Source of the DNA: Thermoplasmatales archaeon
Lineage (GTDB): Archaea > Thermoplasmatota > E2 > DHVEG-1
Assembly (NCBI GenBank): GCA_023128855.1
Contig: JAGMDE010000002.1
Coordinates: 1-32,928, forward strand
Reading direction: 5' to 3'
DNA: 32,928 nt
The notes under the pieces were generated by a model that saw nothing but the letters and a program-made list of their open reading frames with translations, did not search any database and had not been told where the DNA came from. The translations under genes and the position numbers were made by a program. Below, in pieces: positions 16,986-25,682 of the stretch; positions within the stretch are counted from its first letter, which is position 1, and each line of letters starts with the position of its first letter.

Positions 16986-18140
16986 CTATTTTACAAGAGA
17001 TAACAATCTCATTAGTAATGGAAAATGTTCTAAAAACCTCAACAAGTAGGAACTATATGATGCTATATCCTTTTGTATAGTTCTAGGTTTTGAGTTTGGC
17101 CATTGCTCTATCAAAGGACACATATCCTTGTTATCCCCACCTGGTATCTCATACGGTGTGTCCCAAATACCCTTAAACGGTTTCTTCTTAGCATCTGGAT
17201 ACCTTTCTTCATAATCACTCCAGTAGTTACCATACTTGCCATCATCCCAGGTATTGTTATATTCATCATTGGCATTCCGTGTGTTGTTTATGAAGTTGTT
17301 ATGATAAATGATGTTGTATTTGCTGAATCCAACGAGTTGTATGCCATTCTTGTTGTTCCAGGTGATGGTATTTCCAGTGATGATGTTGTTGTTGCTGAAA
17401 TATGCGAGCCCTATGCCATAATCATTGTTTGAAATGTTGTTACCCGTGATAGTGTTGTTGCTGGAATCATAGAGATGTATGCCATGCATGTCTTTCGAGG
17501 TAATGTTGTTACCCGTGATGGTATTGTTACTGGAAAAAGCTAATGAAATGCCATTCCAATAGTCGTTCATGATGTTGTTATTTGTGATGGTGTTGTTGCT
17601 GGAAAACCATAAGTAAATGTCCATGATGCAGTTGTTTAAGATGTTATTACCTGTGATGGTATTGCTGCTGGAATTTATGATACCTATACCCCAACTGTTG
17701 TCCAAGATATTGTTGCCAGTAATAGTGTTATAGTTTGAATTTATATAAATACCAGCCTCACCATATCGTATCGTAAACCCGCAGATATTCACATTATCAG
17801 CAGTAATATCGATAATTAACCATTGAATCAACTCAATAACAGTTGTGTCTCTGTTCTCACCAATCAAATTTATCGTTTTATTTATAACCACACGCTCATA
17901 ATATGGCGAGCTATCATCATAGACATATACAGTATCCCCATCATCTGCGTCATCGATTGCATCCTGTATCTTTGTATAGTTATCCTCTCCGCTACCACCT
18001 ACATACAAGGTTTTACCACGACTAAGTGTAGATGGCTGTTCTTCTTTTGATATGCTAACATTATATCCAAATACTATTGGAGATATTGTTGAAACGATAA
18101 ACAGGATTATTATTCCAATTGCAGGGATGTTTTTATTCAG
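16986..18140 (-). CDS. secreted right-handed beta-helix (NosD/PbH1-like) protein with FPxLxxLL tail; probable non-canonical CTG start
   Basis: The ORF-track start at 18008 is a TTG. The frame stays open to 18155 and encodes a typical signal peptide (NKNIPAIGIIILFIVSTISPIVFG) upstream of it. GGGAGGT (18154-18148) sits 7 nt before the CTG at 18140. The body has ITGNNI-type repeated rungs. Tail YLLRFLEHFPLLMRLLSLVK. Confidence 0.65.
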   Translation of the reverse strand: MNKNIPAIGIIILFIVSTISPIVFGYNVSISKEEQPSTLSRGKTLYVGGSGEDNYTKIQDAIDDADDGDTVYVYDDSSPYYERVVINKTINLIGENRDTTVIELIQWLIIDITADNVNICGFTIRYGEAGIYINSNYNTITGNNILDNSWGIGIINSSSNTITGNNILNNCIMDIYLWFSSNNTITNNNIMNDYWNGISLAFSSNNTITGNNITSKDMHGIHLYDSSNNTITGNNISNNDYGIGLAYFSNNNIITGNTITWNNKNGIQLVGFSKYNIIYHNNFINNTRNANDEYNNTWDDGKYGNYWSDYEERYPDAKKKPFKGIWDTPYEIPGGDNKDMCPLIEQWPNSKPRTIQKDIASYSSYLLRFLEHFPLLMRLLSLVK

Positions 18141-18231
18141 AAGTATTACCTCCCTCTATACAAATATCTATACACCAGATGATATATAAATTCTACCCCC
18201 ATAAATCTCAAAAATAGTTAACTTTATATAT

Positions 18232-18300
18232 TTGACCAATTAGCTTTTGACTAATTAGTCAGACTCATCTATTACTTATGATAAGAAGGGATGGTTTTTT
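18232..18300. repeat. right arm of the inverted repeat (mirror of 16870-16929)
   Basis: ttgaCCAATTAGc (18232-18244), tgactaattagtcagac (18248-18264, exact reverse complement of 16893-16909), 26 nt, then atggtttttt (18291-18300, reverse complement of aaaaaaccat). Confidence 0.7.
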
Positions 18301-18342
18301 AAACGGTTTTGTAATTTTAAAATGTAGAGAAGAGGTGTTTTA

Positions 18343-18489
18343 ATGCTCAAAGGAAAGGTTGTTATTAATTTTGAGTACGATGGAGTAAAAGAATGTAGTT
18401 GGAATATACAACAAGAAGGCGAGGATAAGTTAGATAACGAGAATTTAATTTACCTCCTTCAACATGTCGCTGGCGAGTTAATGCCTTAA
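18343..18489 (+). CDS. small hypothetical protein (48 aa), below the ORF-track size cutoff
   Basis: ATG preceded by GAGGTG. Product is MLKGKVVINFEYDGVKECSWNIQQEGEDKLDNENLIYLLQHVAGELMP. No recognisable family. Confidence 0.3.
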   Translation: MLKGKVVINFEYDGVKECSWNIQQEGEDKLDNENLIYLLQHVAGELMP

Positions 18490-18530
18490 AATTGTAATAA
18501 TTTGTCATCTACGTAAGAGGAGATATAAAA

Positions 18531-18719
18531 ATGGTGAAGGTTGGAGATAGAGTAGAATTAATTCAAACAGATGATACAATGACAGATTTAAAACCTGGAG
18601 CAAAGGGAACTGTCTTTAAGATTGATGATGAACAAGAACTTATCTGGGTTAATTGGGATAATGGAGAACAATTAGCTTTACTTGCAGGGATTGACAAATT
18701 TAAGATAGTAAAGAAGTAA
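18531..18719 (+). CDS. small SH3-like protein, DUF4314-like
   Basis: AGAGGAG SD upstream. GDRVELI...PGAKGTVFKIDDEQELIWVNWDNGEQLALLAGIDKF matches my recollection of the DUF4314 pattern (GdrV...G..GtV..iDd.g.i.V.WDnG..l.l). Confidence 0.55.
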   Translation: MVKVGDRVELIQTDDTMTDLKPGAKGTVFKIDDEQELIWVNWDNGEQLALLAGIDKFKIVKK

Positions 18720-18774
18720 CTATAATAGAACATTTTCTCATAAGTTTTATAAAAACATACATAATCTTACTATC

Positions 18775-19485
18775 ATGACTCGAAATTTATTATTAATTAG
18801 TAATTCCACTCTTCATGGAAGTGGATATTTAGATCATTGCGCAGATGAAATCAAAAAAATTTTAGGTGATAAAAAAAACGTTCTTTTCATCCCGTATGCA
18901 CGTCCCAGCGGAATTACTCATGACGAGTATACAAAAATTGCTCGAGAACGATTTGAAAAAATGGGTTTTAAATTAAAAGGAATTCATGAATCTAAGTCAC
19001 CTAAAGATGCTGTAAAATCCGCAGAGTCAATATTTATTGGTGGTGGGAATACATTTGTTTTACTAAGCGGATTGTATAAAGCAGATATTTTAGATGAAAT
19101 TCGAAATAAGGTAAAGAGTGGTGTACCTTACATTGGGACAAGTGCCGGATCAAATGTTGCATGTAAAAGTATCAAAACAACAAACGATATGCCTATTGTA
19201 TATCCTCCATCATTTGATGCGTTAGGTCTAGCTCCGTTTAATATTAATCCTCATTATCTTGATCCAGATCCTACTTCAAAACATAAAGGAGAAACCAGAG
19301 AAACAAGGATAAAAGAGTTTCATTTTTTCAATAGTGATTACGTTGTTGGACTGCGTGAAGGAGCAATGCTTCATGTTATCGGAGATAAGATTACTTTGAA
19401 AGGTACTACTGGCGCTAGGATTTTCAAGGATAATATGGAACCAAAGGAGTATAAACCTGGTGATTCGTTGGATTTCTTACTTTAA
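18775..19485 (+). CDS. pepE: dipeptidase E (peptidase S51, alpha-aspartyl dipeptidase)
   Basis: Collinear with E. coli PepE: LLLISNSTL, FIPYA, IFIGGGNTFVLL, YIGTSAGSNVA, TTNDMPIV, FDALGLAPFNINPHY, HKGETRETRIKEF. Confidence 0.88.
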   Translation: MTRNLLLISNSTLHGSGYLDHCADEIKKILGDKKNVLFIPYARPSGITHDEYTKIARERFEKMGFKLKGIHESKSPKDAVKSAESIFIGGGNTFVLLSGLYKADILDEIRNKVKSGVPYIGTSAGSNVACKSIKTTNDMPIVYPPSFDALGLAPFNINPHYLDPDPTSKHKGETRETRIKEFHFFNSDYVVGLREGAMLHVIGDKITLKGTTGARIFKDNMEPKEYKPGDSLDFLL

Positions 19486-19514
19486 CGATAAAATTCATAA
19501 CACATAACTTGTTT

Positions 19515-19566
19515 CAAATATGTTTCCGATACTACAAATATTGTTACAGTGATTAGGGCTATAGAA
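19515..19566 (+). pseudogene. orphan relic of the FPxLxxLL C-terminal tail coding segment
   Basis: caaatatgtttccgatactacaaatattgttacagtgattagggctatagaa aligns with 8988-9040, the 3' end of the C1 peptidase gene. The first 16 nt are identical and identity is roughly three-quarters overall. It reads NMFPILQILLQ*LGL*, with a TGA where the intact gene has AGA, and no ORF lies upstream. Confidence 0.6.
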
Positions 19567-19582
19567 CAGTCCTTCTCTTTTT

Positions 19583-20605
19583 TTAAAATAAGGTTTTTTG
19601 TTTCATCATCTGGTCAATGTTTGAATATTTTGCGAGAACAGGTTCTACACGTTCTTGTGTAAATTGATGTCTATCACAAAGTATCTTTAAAACAGCTTCT
19701 TTATCTGGACCTGGCCAGTTTAGAGAATAATCATCAGTAACCTTTGGCTCTAAGAATATCTTTCTAATCTCTTTAATTTCATTTGAAGTTGGTAATTTAT
19801 CAGATGAAATTGTCGCTATTGCGTTTTCAACATTACCATTCTTTTTAATCAGATTTAAACTTTTTTTGGGACCTATGCCCTTAATTCCATCGTTAAAATC
19901 AGTTCCAATAAGAATCGCCATATCTACCAGTTGTTTTTGTGTGATACCTAGTGATTTGAGATTTGTTTTCAATCTAATCTGTCTAATATGAACTTTTACA
20001 TAGGCTTCTTTACCAGGTAGTTTACGTCTTCCAGAGGATGTAAGATTTCTAACTAAAACTGGAGTACCAAGTAATATGCAGTCATAATCCTGTGATCCAA
20101 CTGCAAAAGCATCACCTTTTTTTACCATATAGCTTGCCTGCGCCTCACCCTCAGATGGTGCCTGAATATATGGTATGCCAAGGGCATCAAGTAGTTCTTT
20201 GCTCTGCTTGATGATTTCATCTGTTACTCTAGATGTTTGTTGGGCTTTTATTCTAGCTTTTTCAAGATCTCCTTTTTCAAGTGCTTCTTTCCATTCTTTT
20301 TCAGCTAATTCTTTTCTTTCTCTTCGTTCTGCCAGTGTTTTTGCCTTCAAAGGATGAGGTTTTCCATCAAATGAATATACAGGTCGAATTTTAGCTTCAA
20401 CAAGATTTGCAGTTCTATGAAAAAGACCTGAAATGTGTGAGGTTATTTCGCCTTTGGAATTTTTCAAAGGTGTTCCATCTCTCTGTCTTATACTTGATAA
20501 AAACTGATGTAAAACATTGTGAGCATCGATAACAATTACTCTGTCATGTAAATCCTTAAATGAAATCTTTTCCCATCTGAAGAGATCCCCAATATCAACT
20601 CCCAT
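19583..20605 (-). CDS. fen: flap endonuclease 1 (FEN1)
   Basis: MGVDIGDLF..., VIDAHNVLHQFLSSIRQRDGTPL, ITSHISGLFHRT, PVYSFDGKPH, and an H3TH region GTDFNDGIKGIGPKKSL. I prefer the ATG at 20605; the 47-aa N-terminal extension in the ORF track runs through the divergent promoter. Confidence 0.9.
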   Translation of the reverse strand: MGVDIGDLFRWEKISFKDLHDRVIVIDAHNVLHQFLSSIRQRDGTPLKNSKGEITSHISGLFHRTANLVEAKIRPVYSFDGKPHPLKAKTLAERRERKELAEKEWKEALEKGDLEKARIKAQQTSRVTDEIIKQSKELLDALGIPYIQAPSEGEAQASYMVKKGDAFAVGSQDYDCILLGTPVLVRNLTSSGRRKLPGKEAYVKVHIRQIRLKTNLKSLGITQKQLVDMAILIGTDFNDGIKGIGPKKSLNLIKKNGNVENAIATISSDKLPTSNEIKEIRKIFLEPKVTDDYSLNWPGPDKEAVLKILCDRHQFTQERVEPVLAKYSNIDQMMKQKTLF

Positions 20606-20729
20606 CTTAACATTTTTTATAATGATTAAGTCCTTAAAAACATATTCTAATTTAATTGATAAAGTCTTTATTTTATAGATGATTTTATATATAAGTCTCA
20701 TTTTTCTGAGACACGGGAATATAACAGAT

Positions 20730-21929
20730 ATGAACAACAAGAACAAAATTCTATCAACAGTTGGAATTTACCATGGTTTCAATGATGGAGCAGTAGTCAT
20801 AATACCAATTCTATTTCCTGTTTTCAAAGTATTATTCAACCTATCCTACACCCAAATAGGAATTATTACAGGTGGAGGGCTTTTAATAACACTAATAACG
20901 CAAATTTTTATTGGATTATTATCAGACAAGAAAAACCGTAGAATGATTCTTTCACTAGGTGTACTATTTTTGAGTGCTTCATTATTATTACTAACTCAAA
21001 TTCAGGGTTTCCTAACATTATTAGTCTTTATCTTTCTATTGAGATTTTCTGCTGGTTTTTTTCACCCTGTTGGAATTGGATGGATATCAAAAATATTCAA
21101 AAAAGAAAAGCTCGACTGGGCAATGGGCATGCAAAGCGCTCTAGGAGATTTTGGTGCATTTATTGGTATTTTAACAACCGCGTTTATTGTTGATTTCAGA
21201 GATTGGTCATACCCATTCTACGTATGGGCAATAATTGGAATCTTTTGTTTATTTACAGGCTTGTTACTAACACGAGGTATTAAAGAAGACATAACAAATA
21301 ATGAAAAAAACAAAAAGAAAAAAATAACTTTTAAAGAAAAATTAGTAGAAGAAAAAGAAATTTTGAAGGCGGTTAAATTTTTTATACCCGGATTAATAAT
21401 TAGCGGGTCCGCTTGGGGAATTGTTGTAAGCTATCTTCCATTATTACTGGATGAGAAAACAGTTTTATCATTATCGATGATTGGAGTGGTTGTCTCAATT
21501 TGGATAGGTGTCGGAACAATTGTATGTCTCTTTTATGGAAAAATTATATCATTCTTTGGACGTAAAAAAGTGATAATTTTCTCATACATAGGTATGGGAT
21601 TGATGGGATTTGCTCTATCAATATTTACAGAAGTATTTATCTTAATTATAATCATGATAATATTGGGAATATCAACATTTCTTACATATCCAGCAATTTT
21701 TTCCTATGTTTCTGAAAAAACAGATGAGGCTTATGAGGGGAAAGTCTTTGGATACCTCTTTACCGTTCAACTCGGCGGTGGCACATTCCTTCTGTTTATT
21801 AGTGGTGTCACATCTGATATTTGGGGAATTTGGACACCGTTCTTCATACTAGGCGTTCTAAGTATCTTGATTTCAATATTATTAATTGGTAATCAGAAAA
21901 AACTTATGCCTGTTAAAACATTGGACTAG
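20730..21929 (+). CDS. MFS transporter
   Basis: About 12 hydrophobic segments with a central charged loop, and MFS motif A-like GLLSDKKNRRMIL. I prefer the ATG at 20730. Confidence 0.75.
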   Translation: MNNKNKILSTVGIYHGFNDGAVVIIPILFPVFKVLFNLSYTQIGIITGGGLLITLITQIFIGLLSDKKNRRMILSLGVLFLSASLLLLTQIQGFLTLLVFIFLLRFSAGFFHPVGIGWISKIFKKEKLDWAMGMQSALGDFGAFIGILTTAFIVDFRDWSYPFYVWAIIGIFCLFTGLLLTRGIKEDITNNEKNKKKKITFKEKLVEEKEILKAVKFFIPGLIISGSAWGIVVSYLPLLLDEKTVLSLSMIGVVVSIWIGVGTIVCLFYGKIISFFGRKKVIIFSYIGMGLMGFALSIFTEVFILIIIMIILGISTFLTYPAIFSYVSEKTDEAYEGKVFGYLFTVQLGGGTFLLFISGVTSDIWGIWTPFFILGVLSILISILLIGNQKKLMPVKTLD

Positions 21930-21969
21930 TAGCGATACTTTTAAAGAAGGAAATTGCATTGCGGAAACG

Positions 21970-22878
21970 ATGAAACGAGACCTTATTTCAATGCTTGATG
22001 TTAAAGATGATTTAGAAGATATTATAGATTTAGGAATTCAACTTAAACGAAAATCAAAAAGTGGTATCTCAATCGAAATGCTAAAGAGAAAAACCCTTGG
22101 AATGATTTTTGAAAAGTCTAGTACTAGAACTAGAGTTTCTTTTGAGGTTGGAATGACTAAACTTGGTGGTCATGCGGTATTTCTTTCAAAAGATGATATT
22201 CAACTAGGTAGAGGAGAAACAATCGAAGATACAGCTCTTGTACTATCTAGATATGTTGACATTATAATGTTTAGAGCTATGAGCAATAAAGCTATGAAAG
22301 AACTGGCAAAACATGCAACGGTTCCTGTAATATCAGGTCTTGATGATAAGGAACATCCATGTCAGGTTGTTACCGATTTAATGACAATTAAAGAGCATAA
22401 AGGAAAATTGAAGGAGCTGAACTTTGTTTATCTTGGAGATGGAGGCAACAACATGTCACATTCATATCTTCTTGGTTGCGCAATTGCAGGAATGAATGTA
22501 AAAATTGTTGCTCCAAAACAATACTGGCCAGATGATTACTATGTAAAAGAAGCAAAGAAGTTTGGTACAAAAATTGAGGTTACTGACGTTGTAGAAGATT
22601 CAACTAAAGATGCAGACATAGTTGCAACAGACACCTGGGTTTCAATGGGTGATGAATCTGAAAAAGAGAAACGAATCAAAGCTTTCGAAGGATACACCAT
22701 TGATAAAAAATTAATGAGCCACGCTAAATCTGATGCGATTTTCTTACATTGCCTTCCTGCTTATTATGACTATGAAGTTACAAAAGAAGTTGCACATGGA
22801 AAGCAATCTGTAATTTTTGATGAAGCTGAAAATAGAATGTGGGCTCAGATTGCAATTATGGTAACTCTTTGTAAATAA
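21970..22878 (+). CDS. argF: ornithine carbamoyltransferase
   Basis: FEKSSTRTRVSFE, HPCQ, DTWVSMG and HCLPA signatures. I prefer the ATG at 21970 (MKRDLISMLD). Confidence 0.85.
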   Translation: MKRDLISMLDVKDDLEDIIDLGIQLKRKSKSGISIEMLKRKTLGMIFEKSSTRTRVSFEVGMTKLGGHAVFLSKDDIQLGRGETIEDTALVLSRYVDIIMFRAMSNKAMKELAKHATVPVISGLDDKEHPCQVVTDLMTIKEHKGKLKELNFVYLGDGGNNMSHSYLLGCAIAGMNVKIVAPKQYWPDDYYVKEAKKFGTKIEVTDVVEDSTKDADIVATDTWVSMGDESEKEKRIKAFEGYTIDKKLMSHAKSDAIFLHCLPAYYDYEVTKEVAHGKQSVIFDEAENRMWAQIAIMVTLCK

Positions 22879-22897
22879 AAGAGAAAGAGAGTTGTAA

Positions 22898-24709
22898 TTA
22901 GATATTAAATATTCTACTGAATAATTGTTCTAACATTGGGAAATGAGACAACAGTTTTTCAAAGATGTTTAATTCTCTGGTTCTTGGTGTTGTTAATATA
23001 ATATGAATAATTTCATAGTCACTTGGATCATCTTTATTTTCAATTTTTATTTCTCCTGTGAATGTCTGATCTTTTTCCGATGGTGCTGTACATATCATAT
23101 CTACCTCAACTCCATCATCCTCGGGTGTTAAATCATTGCCACCAATTGGTGAAAAGACCCATCCTCCCCAGTCAGGCCATTCAGTTACTTCCCAGTCAAG
23201 CTCAGAACCAGATGCTCCAATATTTTCAACAGTAAAGCTATCTGTAATAGTTTCTCCAGGATTTATACCAACCCACCAGAATTCATGGTCTTCAACATTT
23301 AAATCAGGATCTTCTGGTATATATTCCCCTGTCAAAGCCTTAATACAGAAGTTTGCAGTTCCATCCCAAGATGGATTAGAGAAATCATAATAATATAGAT
23401 CATCCCAAGTCGATCCATCCTTATAATAACTCTCTCCCGGATCTGCATCAGATTCAACAGTGACACGTGCGGATGCTCCCAAAAGAACAGGAACTTCTGA
23501 GGTTCTATCAATTGGTTGTCCTCCAGAAGATAGGGATAGATATATGTAAAAATCATCTTGACTTGTTACTTGAACGGGGTCGTTAAGATAAATTGTGTGA
23601 AATCCATAGTAATCTATATTTCCAGTTTCTGTAGATTGAAGGTTTTGTAGCTGCCCGCTAGTAAAATCATCGTAGATTTTTACTTCATAATCGACATCAT
23701 CTTCTGAAGTAAAGAAGCTTACAGCAACAATTGCTTCAGTTGATTCTGCTGTAAATGCATTGAATGCTTCAGAATATTCTGTAATTGTGTCACGCCATCC
23801 GTGATAATCATGATAGTAAATTGTGTCAAAGGGTTCATATTCTACACCTTGCATTGATACAGCCCCCATTTCCGGGTGTTGACCACACCATTTATCATAA
23901 TATGAAATCCAGAAATAACCTTCTTCTCCAAAGTCTATTCCCCAACTATTTTTACATAGCCATGCGCCAGGTTCAGGCGCTTGGGTATTTTTGTTATCAT
24001 CCCAACCACAAATAGCAACAGCATGATTAGGGGGATCAGAAGTTTCTGGAGGTTGATAATGCGAATTAGATTCATAGTCAAAAAAGCCCCAGCACATTGC
24101 TGTACCAATAACACCTTCTGACATTAACTTATATTTGATTGTATTAATATTGCTAAGGTCAGTTCCTGCAACATAAAATTCAACATCCATTGGATAATAA
24201 TGATGATAGCTTGGATCGTCTCTATCACATGGAATTTCAATGTTCTCATATGGTGCATCTTCCTCTCTTACAGCACCTTCTCCTCGGACAAGATAAGCTG
24301 ATGTGACCATATAGTCACCACCCCAGTGTGGATCAAGTCCTCCCCCACCAGGGTCATCGTCATTATTATGGGTGTTAAAACCATTCCACCAGTCAAGATG
24401 TGCTTCTGAAAGATCAGGTTCTCCTGTTTCACCTGCGGCATCCCAATTACCAGTCATTAGCAGATTTCCTTCCATGGAAGCCATTGCTCCATGAGTCCAA
24501 CAGGTTCCATATCCTCCTTGATCTCTAACTCCTGTCACATAATTATTCCCACCGACATCTCGTAAATCATAAGAGCTTGGTGGATCTCCCATAGATGAAC
24601 TTGCTGCTTTTTCTTTAGTAACAAAAACATTTGCGCTTGTAGGTATCACTAATGCAATGCTAATTAATGTAGCAATCAAAAGCTTCACAAAAATTCTATT
24701 CCTATTCAT
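22898..24709 (-). CDS. secreted papain-like (C1) cysteine peptidase with C-terminal beta-rich domains and FPxLxxLL tail
   Basis: GGGGGT SD and a signal peptide. C1 motifs [26 protein letters not shown] and [16 protein letters not shown]. Tail [22 protein letters not shown]. Confidence 0.85.
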   Translation of the reverse strand: MNRNRIFVKLLIATLISIALVIPTSANVFVTKEKAASSSMGDPPSSYDLRDVGGNNYVTGVRDQGGYGTCWTHGAMASMEGNLLMTGNWDAAGETGEPDLSEAHLDWWNGFNTHNNDDDPGGGGLDPHWGGDYMVTSAYLVRGEGAVREEDAPYENIEIPCDRDDPSYHHYYPMDVEFYVAGTDLSNINTIKYKLMSEGVIGTAMCWGFFDYESNSHYQPPETSDPPNHAVAICGWDDNKNTQAPEPGAWLCKNSWGIDFGEEGYFWISYYDKWCGQHPEMGAVSMQGVEYEPFDTIYYHDYHGWRDTITEYSEAFNAFTAESTEAIVAVSFFTSEDDVDYEVKIYDDFTSGQLQNLQSTETGNIDYYGFHTIYLNDPVQVTSQDDFYIYLSLSSGGQPIDRTSEVPVLLGASARVTVESDADPGESYYKDGSTWDDLYYYDFSNPSWDGTANFCIKALTGEYIPEDPDLNVEDHEFWWVGINPGETITDSFTVENIGASGSELDWEVTEWPDWGGWVFSPIGGNDLTPEDDGVEVDMICTAPSEKDQTFTGEIKIENKDDPSDYEIIHIILTTPRTRELNIFEKLLSHFPMLEQLFSRIFNI

Positions 24710-24730
24710 TTTATTTTACCCCCATTAAAT

Positions 24731-24824
24731 AGTTAACAGATGTTAACTACTTTGATGTATATAAATTTTGGTAGTAATAAATATGTTATCAAAACAGGTA
24801 ACATACGTTATCTATTACGGTAAC
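24731..24824. promoter_or_regulatory. operator-like palindrome array in a divergent promoter
   Basis: AGTTAAC-agat-GTTAACT (24731-24748), GTTATC-aaaaca-GGTAAC (24785-24802) and GTTATC-tattac-GGTAAC (24807-24824). The last two are 22 nt apart start to start. Confidence 0.45.
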
Positions 24825-24866
24825 TTTATATTATGAAATTCATTATCTGGCCACAGGGTGATTGTA

Positions 24867-25682
24867 ATGAAAAAAATATATACAATAATAATTGCAGCAA
24901 TTCTATGTGCAACAATTCTATGCGCAACAATTACAAGTTGTTCTGCGAAAGTTAGCATAAATACCGAAACTTTAGGAGATGAGTGGACAGGATATATAAG
25001 AATCGAAGGAAAAGATGATATAGTATGGGCTGACGTCGTAACCGTCGATGAGACATATTTTAACGCAAAGAATGTAGATACCGGAGAAATTGAAGAGTAT
25101 TATATCTCGTTCCCAAGTGTATTGGGAGCTTTGGTAGAAGCCTCAGATATTGGTAGTTTTTATATTTTTATTGAATATTGGCCAGCTTGGGATGCATTTC
25201 TTGTAAAAACAATAGGAGATGATTCTGACTGGTGGCACTATCTAGTTGATTATGAAGTCCCTATGGTCGGTACAGGAGATTATGAATTAACAGAAGATGA
25301 TGAAGATATATTATTTGGTTATCTAGAACAATGGGAAGTAAATGTATTAAAAATATCACTTGATAAAGAGGTAGTAAAGAAAAACGAAGAGTTTACGGTA
25401 ACGATAACCAACCTAAGTGATGGTGCAGTTGAAGGAGCAACAGTTTACATAAATTCAGAAACTTACACAACAGATGAAAATGGGGAAGTAACAGCAACCA
25501 TTGGAACAGTTGGATCATATAAAATATATGCAGAAAAGGAAAATCACGTTAGATCTGAAAAATTAGACATTTATGTAAAGGTAAAAAACACTCCAAAACG
25601 TGTAAAAATAATACTAAACTTCTTAGAAGTATTTCCCAAGCTTGAGAAGTTGCTTCAGCCTTTATTAAATTTCTATATGTAA
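24867..25682 (+). CDS. small secreted protein: DUF4430-like beta-grasp domain, Ig/CarboxypepD_reg-like domain and FPxLxxLL tail
   Basis: I prefer the ATG at 24867 (AGGGTGA SD, signal peptide MKKIYTIIIAAILCATILCATITSCSA). WWHYLVDYEVPMVGTGDYELTEDDEDILFGY resembles the DUF4430 C-terminal pattern. VEGATVYINSETYTTDENGEVT is typical of a CarboxypepD_reg-like fold. Tail IILNFLEVFPKLEKLLQPLLNFYM. Confidence 0.6.
   Translation: MKKIYTIIIAAILCATILCATITSCSAKVSINTETLGDEWTGYIRIEGKDDIVWADVVTVDETYFNAKNVDTGEIEEYYISFPSVLGALVEASDIGSFYIFIEYWPAWDAFLVKTIGDDSDWWHYLVDYEVPMVGTGDYELTEDDEDILFGYLEQWEVNVLKISLDKEVVKKNEEFTVTITNLSDGAVEGATVYINSETYTTDENGEVTATIGTVGSYKIYAEKENHVRSEKLDIYVKVKNTPKRVKIILNFLEVFPKLEKLLQPLLNFYM

Noticed and set aside
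19583-22878. N-terminal extensions in the ORF track (fen to 20746, MFS from 20679, argF from 21886; likewise 6953, 11237, 15614, 24858, 29733, 32482)
   Set aside because: The extensions run through promoter or neighbouring-gene sequence and add non-homologous, hydrophobic junk residues. Internal ATGs with SD motifs coincide with the expected family N-termini or signal peptides.
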